Part shown: piece after piece, positions 8,818 to 18,055 of the stretch
Layout: every line of letters begins with the position of its first letter
How positions within the stretch are numbered: the stretch's first letter is position 1
IMG/VR virus record: IMGVR_UViG_2718218434_000001
Direction: 5' to 3' (one strand)
Length of the DNA stretch: 30,763 bases
From: a virus
Lineage: Duplodnaviria > Heunggongvirae > Uroviricota > Caudoviricetes
The notes under the pieces: model-generated
What the model was told of the DNA's origin: nothing
Database searches by the model: none
The model's input: only the letters and a program-made list of their open reading frames with translations
Made by a program: the position numbers and the translations under genes

Positions 8818-10605
8818 TTAAGTCTGAGCCTCACTCTCTTGGCCATAAGTGGCTTGCCAGTATCTCGCCGTAGGGTTCATTAGAATGTGCAATACAAGCC
8901 ACCATGCAAAAATGCAGGGAGGTTGATTGTAGTAACCGGCAGGCACATATCCGTGAGCTAGTTGATTTCGTAAATCACCATAGATTTTATCTACCAGTAA
9001 GGCCTGAAGATTGCCAATTATGTCTACGCCGAAAGCTTCAATAATCAGTGGATTATCTAGTAATCCCTTGAGTCCATTTCGCTCTTGCGAACCGTCCCCG
9101 TGAAGCTGCGATGGTTCCTCACCTTTAATTTTAGCCACATATCTCAGACTATTTTCGATCTGGGGAATCAACACGTGGCATGCCGTCATAAAATCTCCAT
9201 TGAAACCGCAAACCATACCCTTGATGAAAAACTCTTCATGCCCAAACGGGATGAAGGGATGATTGATGAACATATCGCGAAAAAACGCCTCCGAGATTGG
9301 ATATTTCATTGTGATCTCATCTGTAGCAGGAATAATTTGCCCAGCTACTGCCAACTCATGGTCGATACGCATTCTCGTCATCATTATGGGCCAAATAACT
9401 GCCCCATTTGCATCATCAATCCCCAATCCTGCGGGTATGCGAGCAAGTGTCATTCCCTCATGATCAATATGTGTTGATCCAAACATCCAAGCTATGCTGT
9501 TGGCCTTTTGTTCTATTGCTTGAGCCTTAAGTCTCTCAATGCTGGTTGGCCGACAGACCAGCATCGCAAGTCTGAAAACCATATCAAACAAATCTCTTCC
9601 GACTACCCGACTCTTGGCTTGATGGACAATCTCACTAATATCTTGAGGGGGAGACTGAAGGATAGACATCTGGTGACGGGATTCGATTTGGTAATCACGC
9701 ATTTCTTCATACAGCGCAAGACGTTCTATTCGGGTTCCTGGAATATTAGCCAGTGCTTCAATAGCATTCTGCATGCAGGCTGCCGAAATCATACCGCCAT
9801 CTTGGAATTTTGATTCTTCCAGATGTGTATCGGCAAGAAGCCGCCAGAATTCAAACTGTGTATCTCTGTCACAGCACCTATTCGCAATCGGGATTGCGGT
9901 TTTACAGGCATCGACGGCAAATGAAAATAATTTTTGAGCCAGATAGTTTTTTGTCAGAAACAGGAGTTCCTGGGCAATAAAAGATGGCTCACTCACTTTA
10001 CAGTCGATATCGAGTTGCAGGAGTCGCAGCGGATAAGGTGAATCGCCTTGTTCTCTGGTACGTTCATACTCTGCTAGTAGATGTGCCGAAAGCTGATCAA
10101 ATTCATCCCTGAAATCAGTATTCTTTCGAAAAAAACAACACAGCCTAAGCGCACGCTCTAGGCGTTCTAAAGCACTAACCCACGTCCCTTGCGATGTCAT
10201 AATAGCTATACTGGACGCATAATAAGCACGGACTGCCAGCAAAGGAAAACGGATTCCACCAATTTTACGAACCCAAAGTGTATCAGCAATACGAGCTTGA
10301 AGTTCGGGTAGCTCTATCGTCGGGCAAAATTGAGAAAGTACCTCCAGCGACAACCCGTTAATGTCATCCGGAATTGCAGATCTACCTTGGCTGCTTTGAA
10401 AGCACGGACCAAATGGTACCTGTGGATTTTCGGGACGAAAGTGAAAACCGCAAATATGGGTTAGCAGTCTTATCTCCGCTCTTCCATCACCTAGGCTAGA
10501 AAGATACTTTGTGATATCAAAGCAGGTAACTGGCAGCTTACTCTGGATTAAGGGGGATAAATCAATAGTGTTAAGTTCGTCGAGGCTGATATTAATATCG
10601 TCCAT
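8818..10605 (-). CDS. Orphan 595-aa protein, unknown function; candidate single-gene anti-phage/abortive-infection effector with C-terminal HEPN-like R-x4-H motif
   Basis: Long ORF with strong RBS (AAGGTGA 4 nt before ATG); on the strand opposite to flanking early genes; flanked by noncoding spacers; C-terminal DLRNQLAHG fits the Rx4-6H HEPN signature; no other motif recognised. Confidence 0.8.
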   Translation of the reverse strand: MDDINISLDELNTIDLSPLIQSKLPVTCFDITKYLSSLGDGRAEIRLLTHICGFHFRPENPQVPFGPCFQSSQGRSAIPDDINGLSLEVLSQFCPTIELPELQARIADTLWVRKIGGIRFPLLAVRAYYASSIAIMTSQGTWVSALERLERALRLCCFFRKNTDFRDEFDQLSAHLLAEYERTREQGDSPYPLRLLQLDIDCKVSEPSFIAQELLFLTKNYLAQKLFSFAVDACKTAIPIANRCCDRDTQFEFWRLLADTHLEESKFQDGGMISAACMQNAIEALANIPGTRIERLALYEEMRDYQIESRHQMSILQSPPQDISEIVHQAKSRVVGRDLFDMVFRLAMLVCRPTSIERLKAQAIEQKANSIAWMFGSTHIDHEGMTLARIPAGLGIDDANGAVIWPIMMTRMRIDHELAVAGQIIPATDEITMKYPISEAFFRDMFINHPFIPFGHEEFFIKGMVCGFNGDFMTACHVLIPQIENSLRYVAKIKGEEPSQLHGDGSQERNGLKGLLDNPLIIEAFGVDIIGNLQALLVDKIYGDLRNQLAHGYVPAGYYNQPPCIFAWWLVLHILMNPTARYWQATYGQESEAQT

Positions 10606-11279
10606 GTCGTCACCTTGATGATTTGTTAATGCGGGGGCAACATTAATAAATGTACTTGAGACCGCAATTTGTCGATGGAGCCAACATTTATAACTATGTG
10701 CTTCTACCCTCTGAATTTTTACATGTGAATTGCTAGCTTGAATAGCTCTATCATTATATACGTGGCACTAAATTATGGCTGTTTTTCGCTCAAAGCGGAC
10801 TAGAAGGTTAGCTTGTGTCGGACTTTGCGTATTAAAAGAAGTGCTGGTGGTGACTAGTGGTTGTGCCCCATTTCCACAGAAAAAATCAGAGAAACTATAC
10901 CCAATAGTTGTATTGAATCACTGACGAGACAGCCTCATATTCATCAGGACTGGTCTACGTCCAATACAGGAGGTTGTGGTGCTGGTTCTCAAATGTGCGC
11001 TGGCTATTACGGCTGTAATGGCGATTTATTGTCTTGCTATTGTTCTTATGGATCGCCTTTCTGACTGATTTCATATTGGCGAGGTAACGGTAGTTAAGTA
11101 GAATGGCTGCGGGTGCTTGAGGCTATCTGCCTCGGGCATGAACACCAAAGGCAGATAGAGAAAAGCCCCAGTTAACATTACGCGTCCTGCAAGACGCTTA
11201 ACATTAATCTGAGGCCAATTTCATGCTAGACACATGTAGGTTAGCCTCTTACGTGCCGAAAGGCAAGGAGAAGCAGGCT

Positions 11280-11435
11280 ATGAAGCAGCAAAAGGCGATG
11301 TTAATCGCCCTGATCGTCATCTGTTTAACCGTCATAGTGACGGCACTGGTAACGAGGAAAGACCTCTGCGAGGTACGAATCCGAACCGGCCAGACGGAGG
11401 TCGCTGTCTTCACAGCTTACGAACCTGAGGAGTAA
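11280..11435 (+). CDS. hokD: Hok/Gef-family membrane toxin (HokD/RelF-like, 51 aa)
   Basis: Translation MKQQKAMLIALIVICLTVIVTALVTRKDLCEVRIRTGQTEVAVFTAYEPEE matches recalled HokD; structured leader upstream (10-bp inverted repeat CTATCTGCCT/AGGCAGATAG); no relBE upstream. Confidence 0.85.
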   Translation: MKQQKAMLIALIVICLTVIVTALVTRKDLCEVRIRTGQTEVAVFTAYEPEE

Positions 11436-11505
11436 GAGACCCGGCGAGGGAGAAATCCCTCGCCACCTCTGATGTGGCAGGCATCCTCAACGCACCCGCA
11501 CTTAA

Positions 11506-11530
11506 CCCGCTTCGGCGGGTTTTTGTTTTT
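11506..11530 (+). terminator. Rho-independent terminator after hok (CCCGC-TTCG-GCGGG + T-run)
   Basis: GC stem-loop followed by TTTTTGTTTTT, seen in sequence. Confidence 0.7.
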
Positions 11531-11651
11531 ATTTTCAACGCGTTTGAAGATCTGGACGGTGCCGGAATAGAATCAAAAATACTTAAGTAGCGCGCAGGGA
11601 TAAGAGGGATGGTCCCTTAAAGGGGAGAGCTAATTATCCGGAAGGATTCTG

Positions 11652-11903
11652 ATGATGAACATCGAAGAACTGCGTAAAATTTTTTGTGAAGATGGCCTCT
11701 ATGCTGTGTGCGTTGAAAATGGAAATCTTGTTAGTCATTACCGCATTATGTGTTTGCGAAAGAATGGGGCTGCGTTAATTAATTTTGTGGATGGTCGAGT
11801 GACAGACGGATTTATCTTGCGCGAAGGTGAGTTTGTCACTTCATTACAGGCACTGAAAGAGATCGGAATAAAAGCAGGCTTTTCAGCTTTTGCAGAAGAA
11901 TAA
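11652..11903 (+). CDS. Hypothetical small protein (83 aa), possibly Rem-like by position
   Basis: ORF with GGAAGGA RBS; sits between hok and ydfU where rem lies in K-12 Qin; sequence identity not verifiable from memory. Confidence 0.5.
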   Translation: MMNIEELRKIFCEDGLYAVCVENGNLVSHYRIMCLRKNGAALINFVDGRVTDGFILREGEFVTSLQALKEIGIKAGFSAFAEE

Positions 11904-11969
11904 ACTCATCTACAATCTTGCGCGGGGCTGAACTCCCGCTGAGTAACACCGTGCCACCGGAGAAAACCG

Positions 11970-12248
11970 ATGGCACGCAACGTAAAATATTACAATTCTG
12001 ATAATTCGCCCGTTCTTGCCTGCACGCACGAGCGGTATTCTCACGCATTCAAGTCTGAATGGTTCCAGCACCCTCCATGCACTGAAGAGCAGGCTGAATG
12101 GATAATTCAGTGTTACCGCAGGCGCGGATACGAGGTTAAGAAAGCTCTTAGTCTCGACTACCGTCACTGGATAATCTCAGTCAGATTGCCTTACTCCGAA
12201 CGCCCACCGAGTCCGTCCCGTACATTCCAGCAACGCATCTGGAGGTAA
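11970..12248 (+). CDS. Hypothetical small protein (92 aa)
   Basis: ORF with GGAG RBS; stop immediately precedes ydfU start; no family recognised. Confidence 0.45.
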   Translation: MARNVKYYNSDNSPVLACTHERYSHAFKSEWFQHPPCTEEQAEWIIQCYRRRGYEVKKALSLDYRHWIISVRLPYSERPPSPSRTFQQRIWR

Positions 12249-12249
12249 C

Positions 12250-13299
12250 GTGCGGGTATTACTTCGACCTGTTCTGGTACCGGAACTCGGGCTGGTGGTC
12301 GTTAAGCCGGGCCGTGAATCCATGCCGGTATTCCACAATACCCGGGTACTGGTGGAGCCGGAACCGAAAAGCATGCGTAATCTGCCGTCCGGGGTCGTTC
12401 CTGCCGTTCGCCAGCCGCTGGTGGAAGACAAAACATTGCTGCCGTTTTTCAGTAACGCACGGGTAATTCGTGCTGCTGGTGGTGCTGGTGCATTGTCTGA
12501 CTGGCTGTTGCGCCATATTAAATCCTGCCAGTGGCCACTCGGCGATTATCATCACAGCGAAACCGTTATTCACCGTTATGGTACCGGCGCAATGGTGTTG
12601 TGCTGGCACTGCGACAACCAGCTGCGTGACCAGACATCCGAATCACTCGAGCAACTTGCTCATCAAAACCTGTCAGCATGGATGATTGACGTCATCGGTC
12701 ACGCAATAAGCGGTACGCAGGAGCGTGAATTATCTCTGGCTGAATTATCCTGGTGGGCGGTCCGCAATCAGGTGGCGGACGCGCTACCGGAAGCGGTATT
12801 ACGTCGCTCGCTGGGATTACCAGCGGAAAAAAACTGCTCGGTGTACCGCGAAAGCGACATCGTACCGGGAGAGCAGACCGCCACCAGCATATTGAAACAG
12901 CGCACAAAAAATCTTGCACCGTTGCCTCACGCCCACCAGCAACAAAACCCATCACAGGAAAAGACGGTGGTAAGCATCACCGTTGATCCAGAGTCTCCGG
13001 AATCTTTCATGAAGCTGCCTAAACGTCACCGTTGGGTTAAGGAGAAATACACACGCTGGGTTAAGACACAGCCGTGTGCTTGCTGCGGTATGCCAGCCGA
13101 CGATCCGCATCATCTGATTGGTCACGGGCAGGGCGGAATGGGAACCAAAGCACATGATCTCTTTGTGTTGCCTTTGTGCAGAAAGCATCACGACGAGTTG
13201 CATACGGATACCGTGGCATTTGAAGAGAAGTATGGCTCCCAACTGGAGCTGATTTTTCGATTTATCGATCGCGCGCTGGCAATTGGTGTGCTGGCCTAA
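12250..13299 (+). CDS. ydfU: DUF968-family protein YdfU-like with C-terminal Cys/His (HNH-like) cluster
   Basis: 349-aa ORF, GTG start preceded by GGAGG; C-terminal CACCG...HHLIGHG...CRKHHDELH motif; position immediately upstream of Q as in nin regions. Confidence 0.7.
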   Translation: MRVLLRPVLVPELGLVVVKPGRESMPVFHNTRVLVEPEPKSMRNLPSGVVPAVRQPLVEDKTLLPFFSNARVIRAAGGAGALSDWLLRHIKSCQWPLGDYHHSETVIHRYGTGAMVLCWHCDNQLRDQTSESLEQLAHQNLSAWMIDVIGHAISGTQERELSLAELSWWAVRNQVADALPEAVLRRSLGLPAEKNCSVYRESDIVPGEQTATSILKQRTKNLAPLPHAHQQQNPSQEKTVVSITVDPESPESFMKLPKRHRWVKEKYTRWVKTQPCACCGMPADDPHHLIGHGQGGMGTKAHDLFVLPLCRKHHDELHTDTVAFEEKYGSQLELIFRFIDRALAIGVLA

Positions 13300-13316
13300 T
13301 TTTGTGGAGTAAGTTG

Positions 13317-13693
13317 ATGCGTGATATTCAGATGGTTCTTGAGCGTTGGGGGCATGGGCGGCTAATAATCATGAAGATGTGACCTGGTCGTCCATTGCCG
13401 CCGGTTTTAAGGGATTAATTCCTTCAAAAGTAAGATCTCGTCCGCAATGCTGTGACGATGACGCGATGATCATTTGTGAATGTATGGCTCGCCTGAAAAA
13501 AAACAACAGCGATTTACATGATTTATTGGTGGACTATTATGTCGGCGGCATGACTTTTATGGCGCTTGCACGTAAGCATGGGCGATCTGATTGTTGGGTT
13601 GGCAGGATGCTCCAGAAAGCTGAGGGCGTAGTGGAGGGCATGCTGATGGTGTTGGATCTCCGATTGGAGATGGATGCTGATTGTTCGAAATAA
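13317..13693 (+). pseudogene. Late antiterminator Q (Q82/QuuD-like), N-terminal frameshift at a G5 tract
   Basis: ATG at 13317 with GGAG RBS encodes [11 protein letters not shown] then stops after 21 codons; the rest of Q ([15 protein letters not shown]...) continues in the -1 frame from 13346 with no ATG; frames join at G run 13348-13352. Confidence 0.6.
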
Positions 13694-13699
13694 TTAAAG

Positions 13700-13790
13700 G
13701 AAAAGTTGCTGTCTGATTTTCATTAGTCTAACATTTTAAATGTTGGAATCGCAACGTAGTTATTATCATATAACAGCTTGTTTCCTGATT
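13700..13790 (+). promoter_or_regulatory. Candidate late promoter (pR'-like) / qut region downstream of Q
   Basis: TTGGAA ... TATCAT-like hexamers about 45 bp upstream of a strong terminator; by analogy with the lambdoid pR'-tR' arrangement; not verified. Confidence 0.3.
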
Positions 13791-13793
13791 TAG

Positions 13794-13821
13794 CCAGCCT
13801 CCCCAAAGGCTGGTTTTTTTC
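13794..13821 (+). terminator. Rho-independent terminator (tR'-like): CCAGCC-loop-GGCTGG + T7
   Basis: Perfect 6-bp stem followed by TTTTTTT, seen in sequence. Confidence 0.65.
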
Positions 13822-13848
13822 TAATAAGTATCATTTCGGGTGGGGATT

Positions 13849-14373
13849 TTATTGTTTAACCCATAATAGTTCATTGACATTGAATCCCAACTTTTGAGCG
13901 GTACGCACATAGTCTGCTTTTACATTATCTGGAATAGTTTGGGTCCTTGCCAGAATCCATAGGTATTCTCTGTTCGGACCACTGACAAGAGCATACTTAT
14001 ACTCATCATCCAGCTTGATTACATTATAGCCACCATAGAAGGGGCCAAAAAACGAAACTTTCAACGCTGCAGTTTTAGTATCTCCAGTAAAGTATGCTTT
14101 ACCTTCGCTCTCGCTCCATTTGTTTTTCGTTGGATCGTATCCACGGTTAAGTACGCGAATCCCTCCGTCGTTCCGTTTTTCATAAGTAGCGCTGACCTGT
14201 TCCAGACCACGTTCGAACCAGTTCTCGAGGCGAGCTATTTCATACCATTTTCCGAGGTAGCGGTTGGCGTCAAAATTTGTAATCGGCTGCACACCTTTAG
14301 GTGGTGTCGGGGCCTTACATGCTATAAGAGTGAAAGAGAGTGCAATGCCAGTCAACACAGGCCATAACTTCAT
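13849..14373 (-). CDS. blc: Outer-membrane lipoprotein Blc-like bacterial lipocalin
   Basis: Lipoprotein signal with lipobox (LIAC) and lipocalin motifs (NFDANRYLGKWYEIARL, KVSFFGPFYGGYNVI) matching recalled Blc. Confidence 0.85.
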   Translation of the reverse strand: MKLWPVLTGIALSFTLIACKAPTPPKGVQPITNFDANRYLGKWYEIARLENWFERGLEQVSATYEKRNDGGIRVLNRGYDPTKNKWSESEGKAYFTGDTKTAALKVSFFGPFYGGYNVIKLDDEYKYALVSGPNREYLWILARTQTIPDNVKADYVRTAQKLGFNVNELLWVKQ

Positions 14374-14565
14374 AATAAATCCTGTACTTTTGATAGTTGA
14401 GAGTAAGTATGAAAGATAGATGAGTACGACCGATCACTTAAAGAACTTTCCTACTATATTAGGAATAGTCAATAACAGAAAAATTGTCAGTGATGAAGCC
14501 AGAAAGGCAATTTAGTCCGTGCACTACAAAGTTTATGTGTTAATGAATTAGTCAAGGGGGAGGAA

Positions 14566-15525
14566 ATGATAAAAAAACCTGTGATTGGGATCAGCGGTTG
14601 TTTGGGCGGTTCTGCTGTTCGTTTTGATGGTGGTCACAAAAGAGATGACTTTTTAATGGACAAATTAGTGGAATGGGTAACATTCAGACCAGTATGTCCG
14701 GAAATGGCTATAGGGCTGCCAGTTCCGCGTCCTGCTCTACGACTTGTGCGCTCGAAGCAAGGAAATATACGGATGTGTTTCAGCCACGACCAGAATGAGG
14801 ATGTGACAGAGAGAATGACAGAGTTTAGTCGTTCTTATATGGACAAATTAAAGGATGTATCGGGGTTTGTGGTTTGTGCTAAATCTCCCAGCTGTGGCAT
14901 GGAGCGCGTGCGTGTCTATGATGAAAATGGTAATCGAGGTCGTAAAGATGGAGTGGGACTATTTACGAGCACTTTGATGGAAAAGTTTTCCTGGCTACCG
15001 GTTGAAGAGGATGGGCGATTACATGATCCAGTGCTTCGTGAGAATTTTATTGAAAGAGTTTTTGCTTTGCATGAGCTCAATCATCTTTACAAGGAGAAAT
15101 TATCAAGAAGAGAGTTATTAGCTTTTCATAGTCGTTATAAGCTTCAGTTGTTGGCGCATAGCCAGGCAGGCTATAAAGATATGGGACCATTTGTGGCTGC
15201 AATACACGAGTGGGCGGACCTTGAATCATACTTTGAGGTGTATCGTGATAATCTGATGGCGATTCTCAGAAAACCAGCATCACGTAAAAATCACACGAAT
15301 GTGCTGATGCATATACAGGGGTATTTTAGTAATTACTTAAGTACACGCCAGCGTAAAGAGTTGAGCGAGGTTATACTTAACTATCGCTTTGGCACATTGC
15401 CTCTTCTTGCGCCGTTGACTCTGCTGAAGCATTATCTGGGTGAGTATCCTAATGATTACTTGCTTACACAGAATTACTTCGATCCCTATCCGGAAGAACT
15501 GGCTCTAAGACTGATGGTGAATTAA
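14566..15525 (+). CDS. DUF523 (TudS-like Fe-S thiouracil desulfidase family) fused to DUF1722 (YbgA-like) protein
   Basis: N-terminal GISGCLGGSAVRFDGGHK with additional conserved Cys (CPE, SPSCG) typical of DUF523; strong GGGGGAGGA RBS. Confidence 0.7.
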   Translation: MIKKPVIGISGCLGGSAVRFDGGHKRDDFLMDKLVEWVTFRPVCPEMAIGLPVPRPALRLVRSKQGNIRMCFSHDQNEDVTERMTEFSRSYMDKLKDVSGFVVCAKSPSCGMERVRVYDENGNRGRKDGVGLFTSTLMEKFSWLPVEEDGRLHDPVLRENFIERVFALHELNHLYKEKLSRRELLAFHSRYKLQLLAHSQAGYKDMGPFVAAIHEWADLESYFEVYRDNLMAILRKPASRKNHTNVLMHIQGYFSNYLSTRQRKELSEVILNYRFGTLPLLAPLTLLKHYLGEYPNDYLLTQNYFDPYPEELALRLMVN

Positions 15526-15999
15526 CTGTATGCGATATCATCTGAAAGTGATGAGTTCCTGTATGCAGGATATTTACAATCGTAAAAACTACGCTATGAT
15601 GCCCATAGTGTCAGTTTGTATAAAAATCCTGTTCACGCTAAAGAAAACATTGAGATGCAATTTAATGTTGGTAAACATACCAGCCCCAAAAGATTTTATT
15701 CAATCTGTTTTTATATGAAGATATTTCAAGTGAATATTAAGAGCATATAATATTATTATTGCACGCAGCTATTATAATATAACAGATTAGTTTAATGATT
15801 TGTTTTTTGTGAGTTAAACACATGGTTTTATAGTTGTGATGCAATGAGATTTTCCTTATTGTTGAACTGGCGAATATTGATTTTCCACCTATACTTACCT
15901 GGTGTAACCCCAATGATATCAGGTGGATAATATGCCATACATATGTTCTATCATTTTGGTGTTGAACTCGTTTGTTGTCCGAATTGGTAAAGAAGATAT

Positions 16000-16644
16000 T
16001 TGTTTAAAAAAGGAAATGCTGTCCTCATTGAATACAATTTAAAAGATCTTTTTTCGTCAAATACAGATCATCTAATGATCGTAGATGTTGAGGAGAAAAC
16101 AGTTAATGATTTCTTTAAAAACTACACACTCTCACCTTTTTCTGTAAGAAGGTTTTATCCGTCATACTTGATAGTAGAATGTGAAGATTTTTCATTGTTA
16201 AGGAACTTGGTTGCATGCTTGAATTGTGATAGCAAAACCGTGGATGTAGTTAGAAATCAAATATCACTTGCATGTCTTGCTGTCTTATCTTCAGAGAAAA
16301 TAGTGCAAAGTTTTTTGTTCGGAAGTCTTAATAGCTTAGGTTGTAAAGTTAAGGCTATTATTCACTCGGATATCTCAGCGTCATGGAGACTTTGTGATAT
16401 ATCTTCAAGATTATATATGAGCGAGAGTTTGTTAAAAAGAAAATTAAAAGACGAAGGATTATCGTTTAGTAAATTAATTCTTGAAGAACGAATGATGATG
16501 GCGCAAAGATTATTGATCTACAGTAACCATACTGTCGGCAAGGTGGCGGGAATATGCGGGTATGACAATGCATCATATTTTGTAAGTGTTTTTAGAGGAT
16601 ATTTTGGTGTGCCTCCGCACCAATATTTATCAAGATTTTCTTAG
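16000..16644 (+). CDS. AraC-family transcriptional regulator (AppY-like); N-terminus uncertain (TTG start or truncated)
   Basis: C-terminal AraC HTH region (GYDNASYFVSVFRGYFGVPPHQY); preceded by a very AT-rich ~280-bp region. Confidence 0.65.
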   Translation: MFKKGNAVLIEYNLKDLFSSNTDHLMIVDVEEKTVNDFFKNYTLSPFSVRRFYPSYLIVECEDFSLLRNLVACLNCDSKTVDVVRNQISLACLAVLSSEKIVQSFLFGSLNSLGCKVKAIIHSDISASWRLCDISSRLYMSESLLKRKLKDEGLSFSKLILEERMMMAQRLLIYSNHTVGKVAGICGYDNASYFVSVFRGYFGVPPHQYLSRFS

Positions 16645-16892
16645 AAGATATGATGTGATGGCATTTTATAAAGTTATTTTTTGAAGTGTAAGATTATACG
16701 ATATTTTTAGCTACGCTAGAATAATTGCTGGCGTTTTTCTTTTTGAATAGATGTTCGGGCCTTACGCTAATGTAACTTCTTTCCTTCTTCGAACCAAACC
16801 GTGTACACCATCCGTTATCTGCGGAGGTGATCTTACCCAGCAATAGTGGACACGCGGCTAAGTGAGTAAACTCTCAGTCAGAGGTGACTCAC

Positions 16893-17192
16893 ATGACAAA
16901 AACAGTATCAACCAGTAAAAAACCCCGTAAACAGCATTCGCCTGAATTTCGCAGTGAAGCCCTGAAGCTTGCTGAACGCATCGGTGTTACTGCCGCAGCC
17001 CGTGAACTCAGCCTGTATGAATCACAGCTCTACAACTGGCGCAGTAAACAGCAAAATCAGCAGACGTCTTCTGAACGTGAACTGGAGATGTCTACCGAGA
17101 TTGCACGTCTCAAACGCCAGCTGGCAGAACGGGATGAAGAGCTGGCTATCCTCCAAAAGGCCGCGACATACTTCGCGAAGCGCCTGAAATGA
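16893..17192 (+). CDS. insE: IS3 transposase OrfA (InsE)
   Basis: HTH-containing orfA translation [29 protein letters not shown]... within IS3. Confidence 0.85.
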
Positions 17193-18055
17193 AGTATGTC
17201 TTTATTGAAAAACATCAGGCTGAGTTCAGCATCAAAGCAATGTGCCGCGTGCTCCGGGTGGCCCGCAGCGGCTGGTATACGTGGTGTCAGCGGCGGACAA
17301 GGATAAGCACGCGTCAGCAGTTCCGCCAACACTGCGACAGCGTTGTCCTCGCGGCTTTTACCCGGTCAAAACAGCGTTACGGTGCCCCACGCCTGACGGA
17401 TGAACTGCGTGCTCAGGGTTACCCCTTTAACGTAAAAACCGTGGCGGCAAGCCTGCGCCGTCAGGGACTGAGGGCAAAGGCCTCCCGGAAGTTCAGCCCG
17501 GTCAGCTACCGCGCACACGGCCTGCCTGTGTCAGAAAATCTGTTGGAGCAGGATTTTTACGCCAGTGGCCCGAACCAGAAGTGGGCAGGAGACATCACGT
17601 ACTTACGTACAGATGAAGGCTGGCTGTATCTGGCAGTGGTCATTGACCTGTGGTCACGTGCCGTTATTGGCTGGTCAATGTCGCCACGCATGACGGCGCA
17701 ACTGGCCTGCGATGCCCTGCAGATGGCGCTGTGGCGGCGTAAGAGGCCCCGGAACGTTATCGTTCACACGGACCGTGGAGGCCAGTACTGTTCAGCAGAT
17801 TATCAGGCGCAACTGAAGCGGCATAATCTGCGTGGAAGTATGAGCGCAAAAGGTTGCTGCTACGATAATGCCTGCGTGGAAAGCTTCTTTCATTCGCTGA
17901 AAGTGGAATGTATCCATGGAGAACACTTTATCAGCCGGGAAATAATGCGGGCAACGGTGTTTAATTATATCGAATGTGATTACAATCGGTGGCGGCGGCA
18001 CAGTTGGTGTGGCGGCCTCAGTCCGGAACAATTTGAAAACAAGAACCTCGCTTAG
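17189..18055 (+). CDS. insF: IS3 transposase OrfB (InsF), DDE integrase-type catalytic domain
   Basis: orfB in -1 frame overlapping orfA end, typical IS3-family organisation. Confidence 0.85.

Noticed and set aside
9085-9813. Plus-strand ORFs (66-130 aa) antisense to the 595-aa gene
   Set aside because: Embedded in a long ORF with strong start signals on the other strand; no independent support.
12259-13242. Antisense and alternative-frame ORFs within ydfU
   Set aside because: Overlap a coding region with a good RBS and conserved Cys/His motifs; no start signals of their own.
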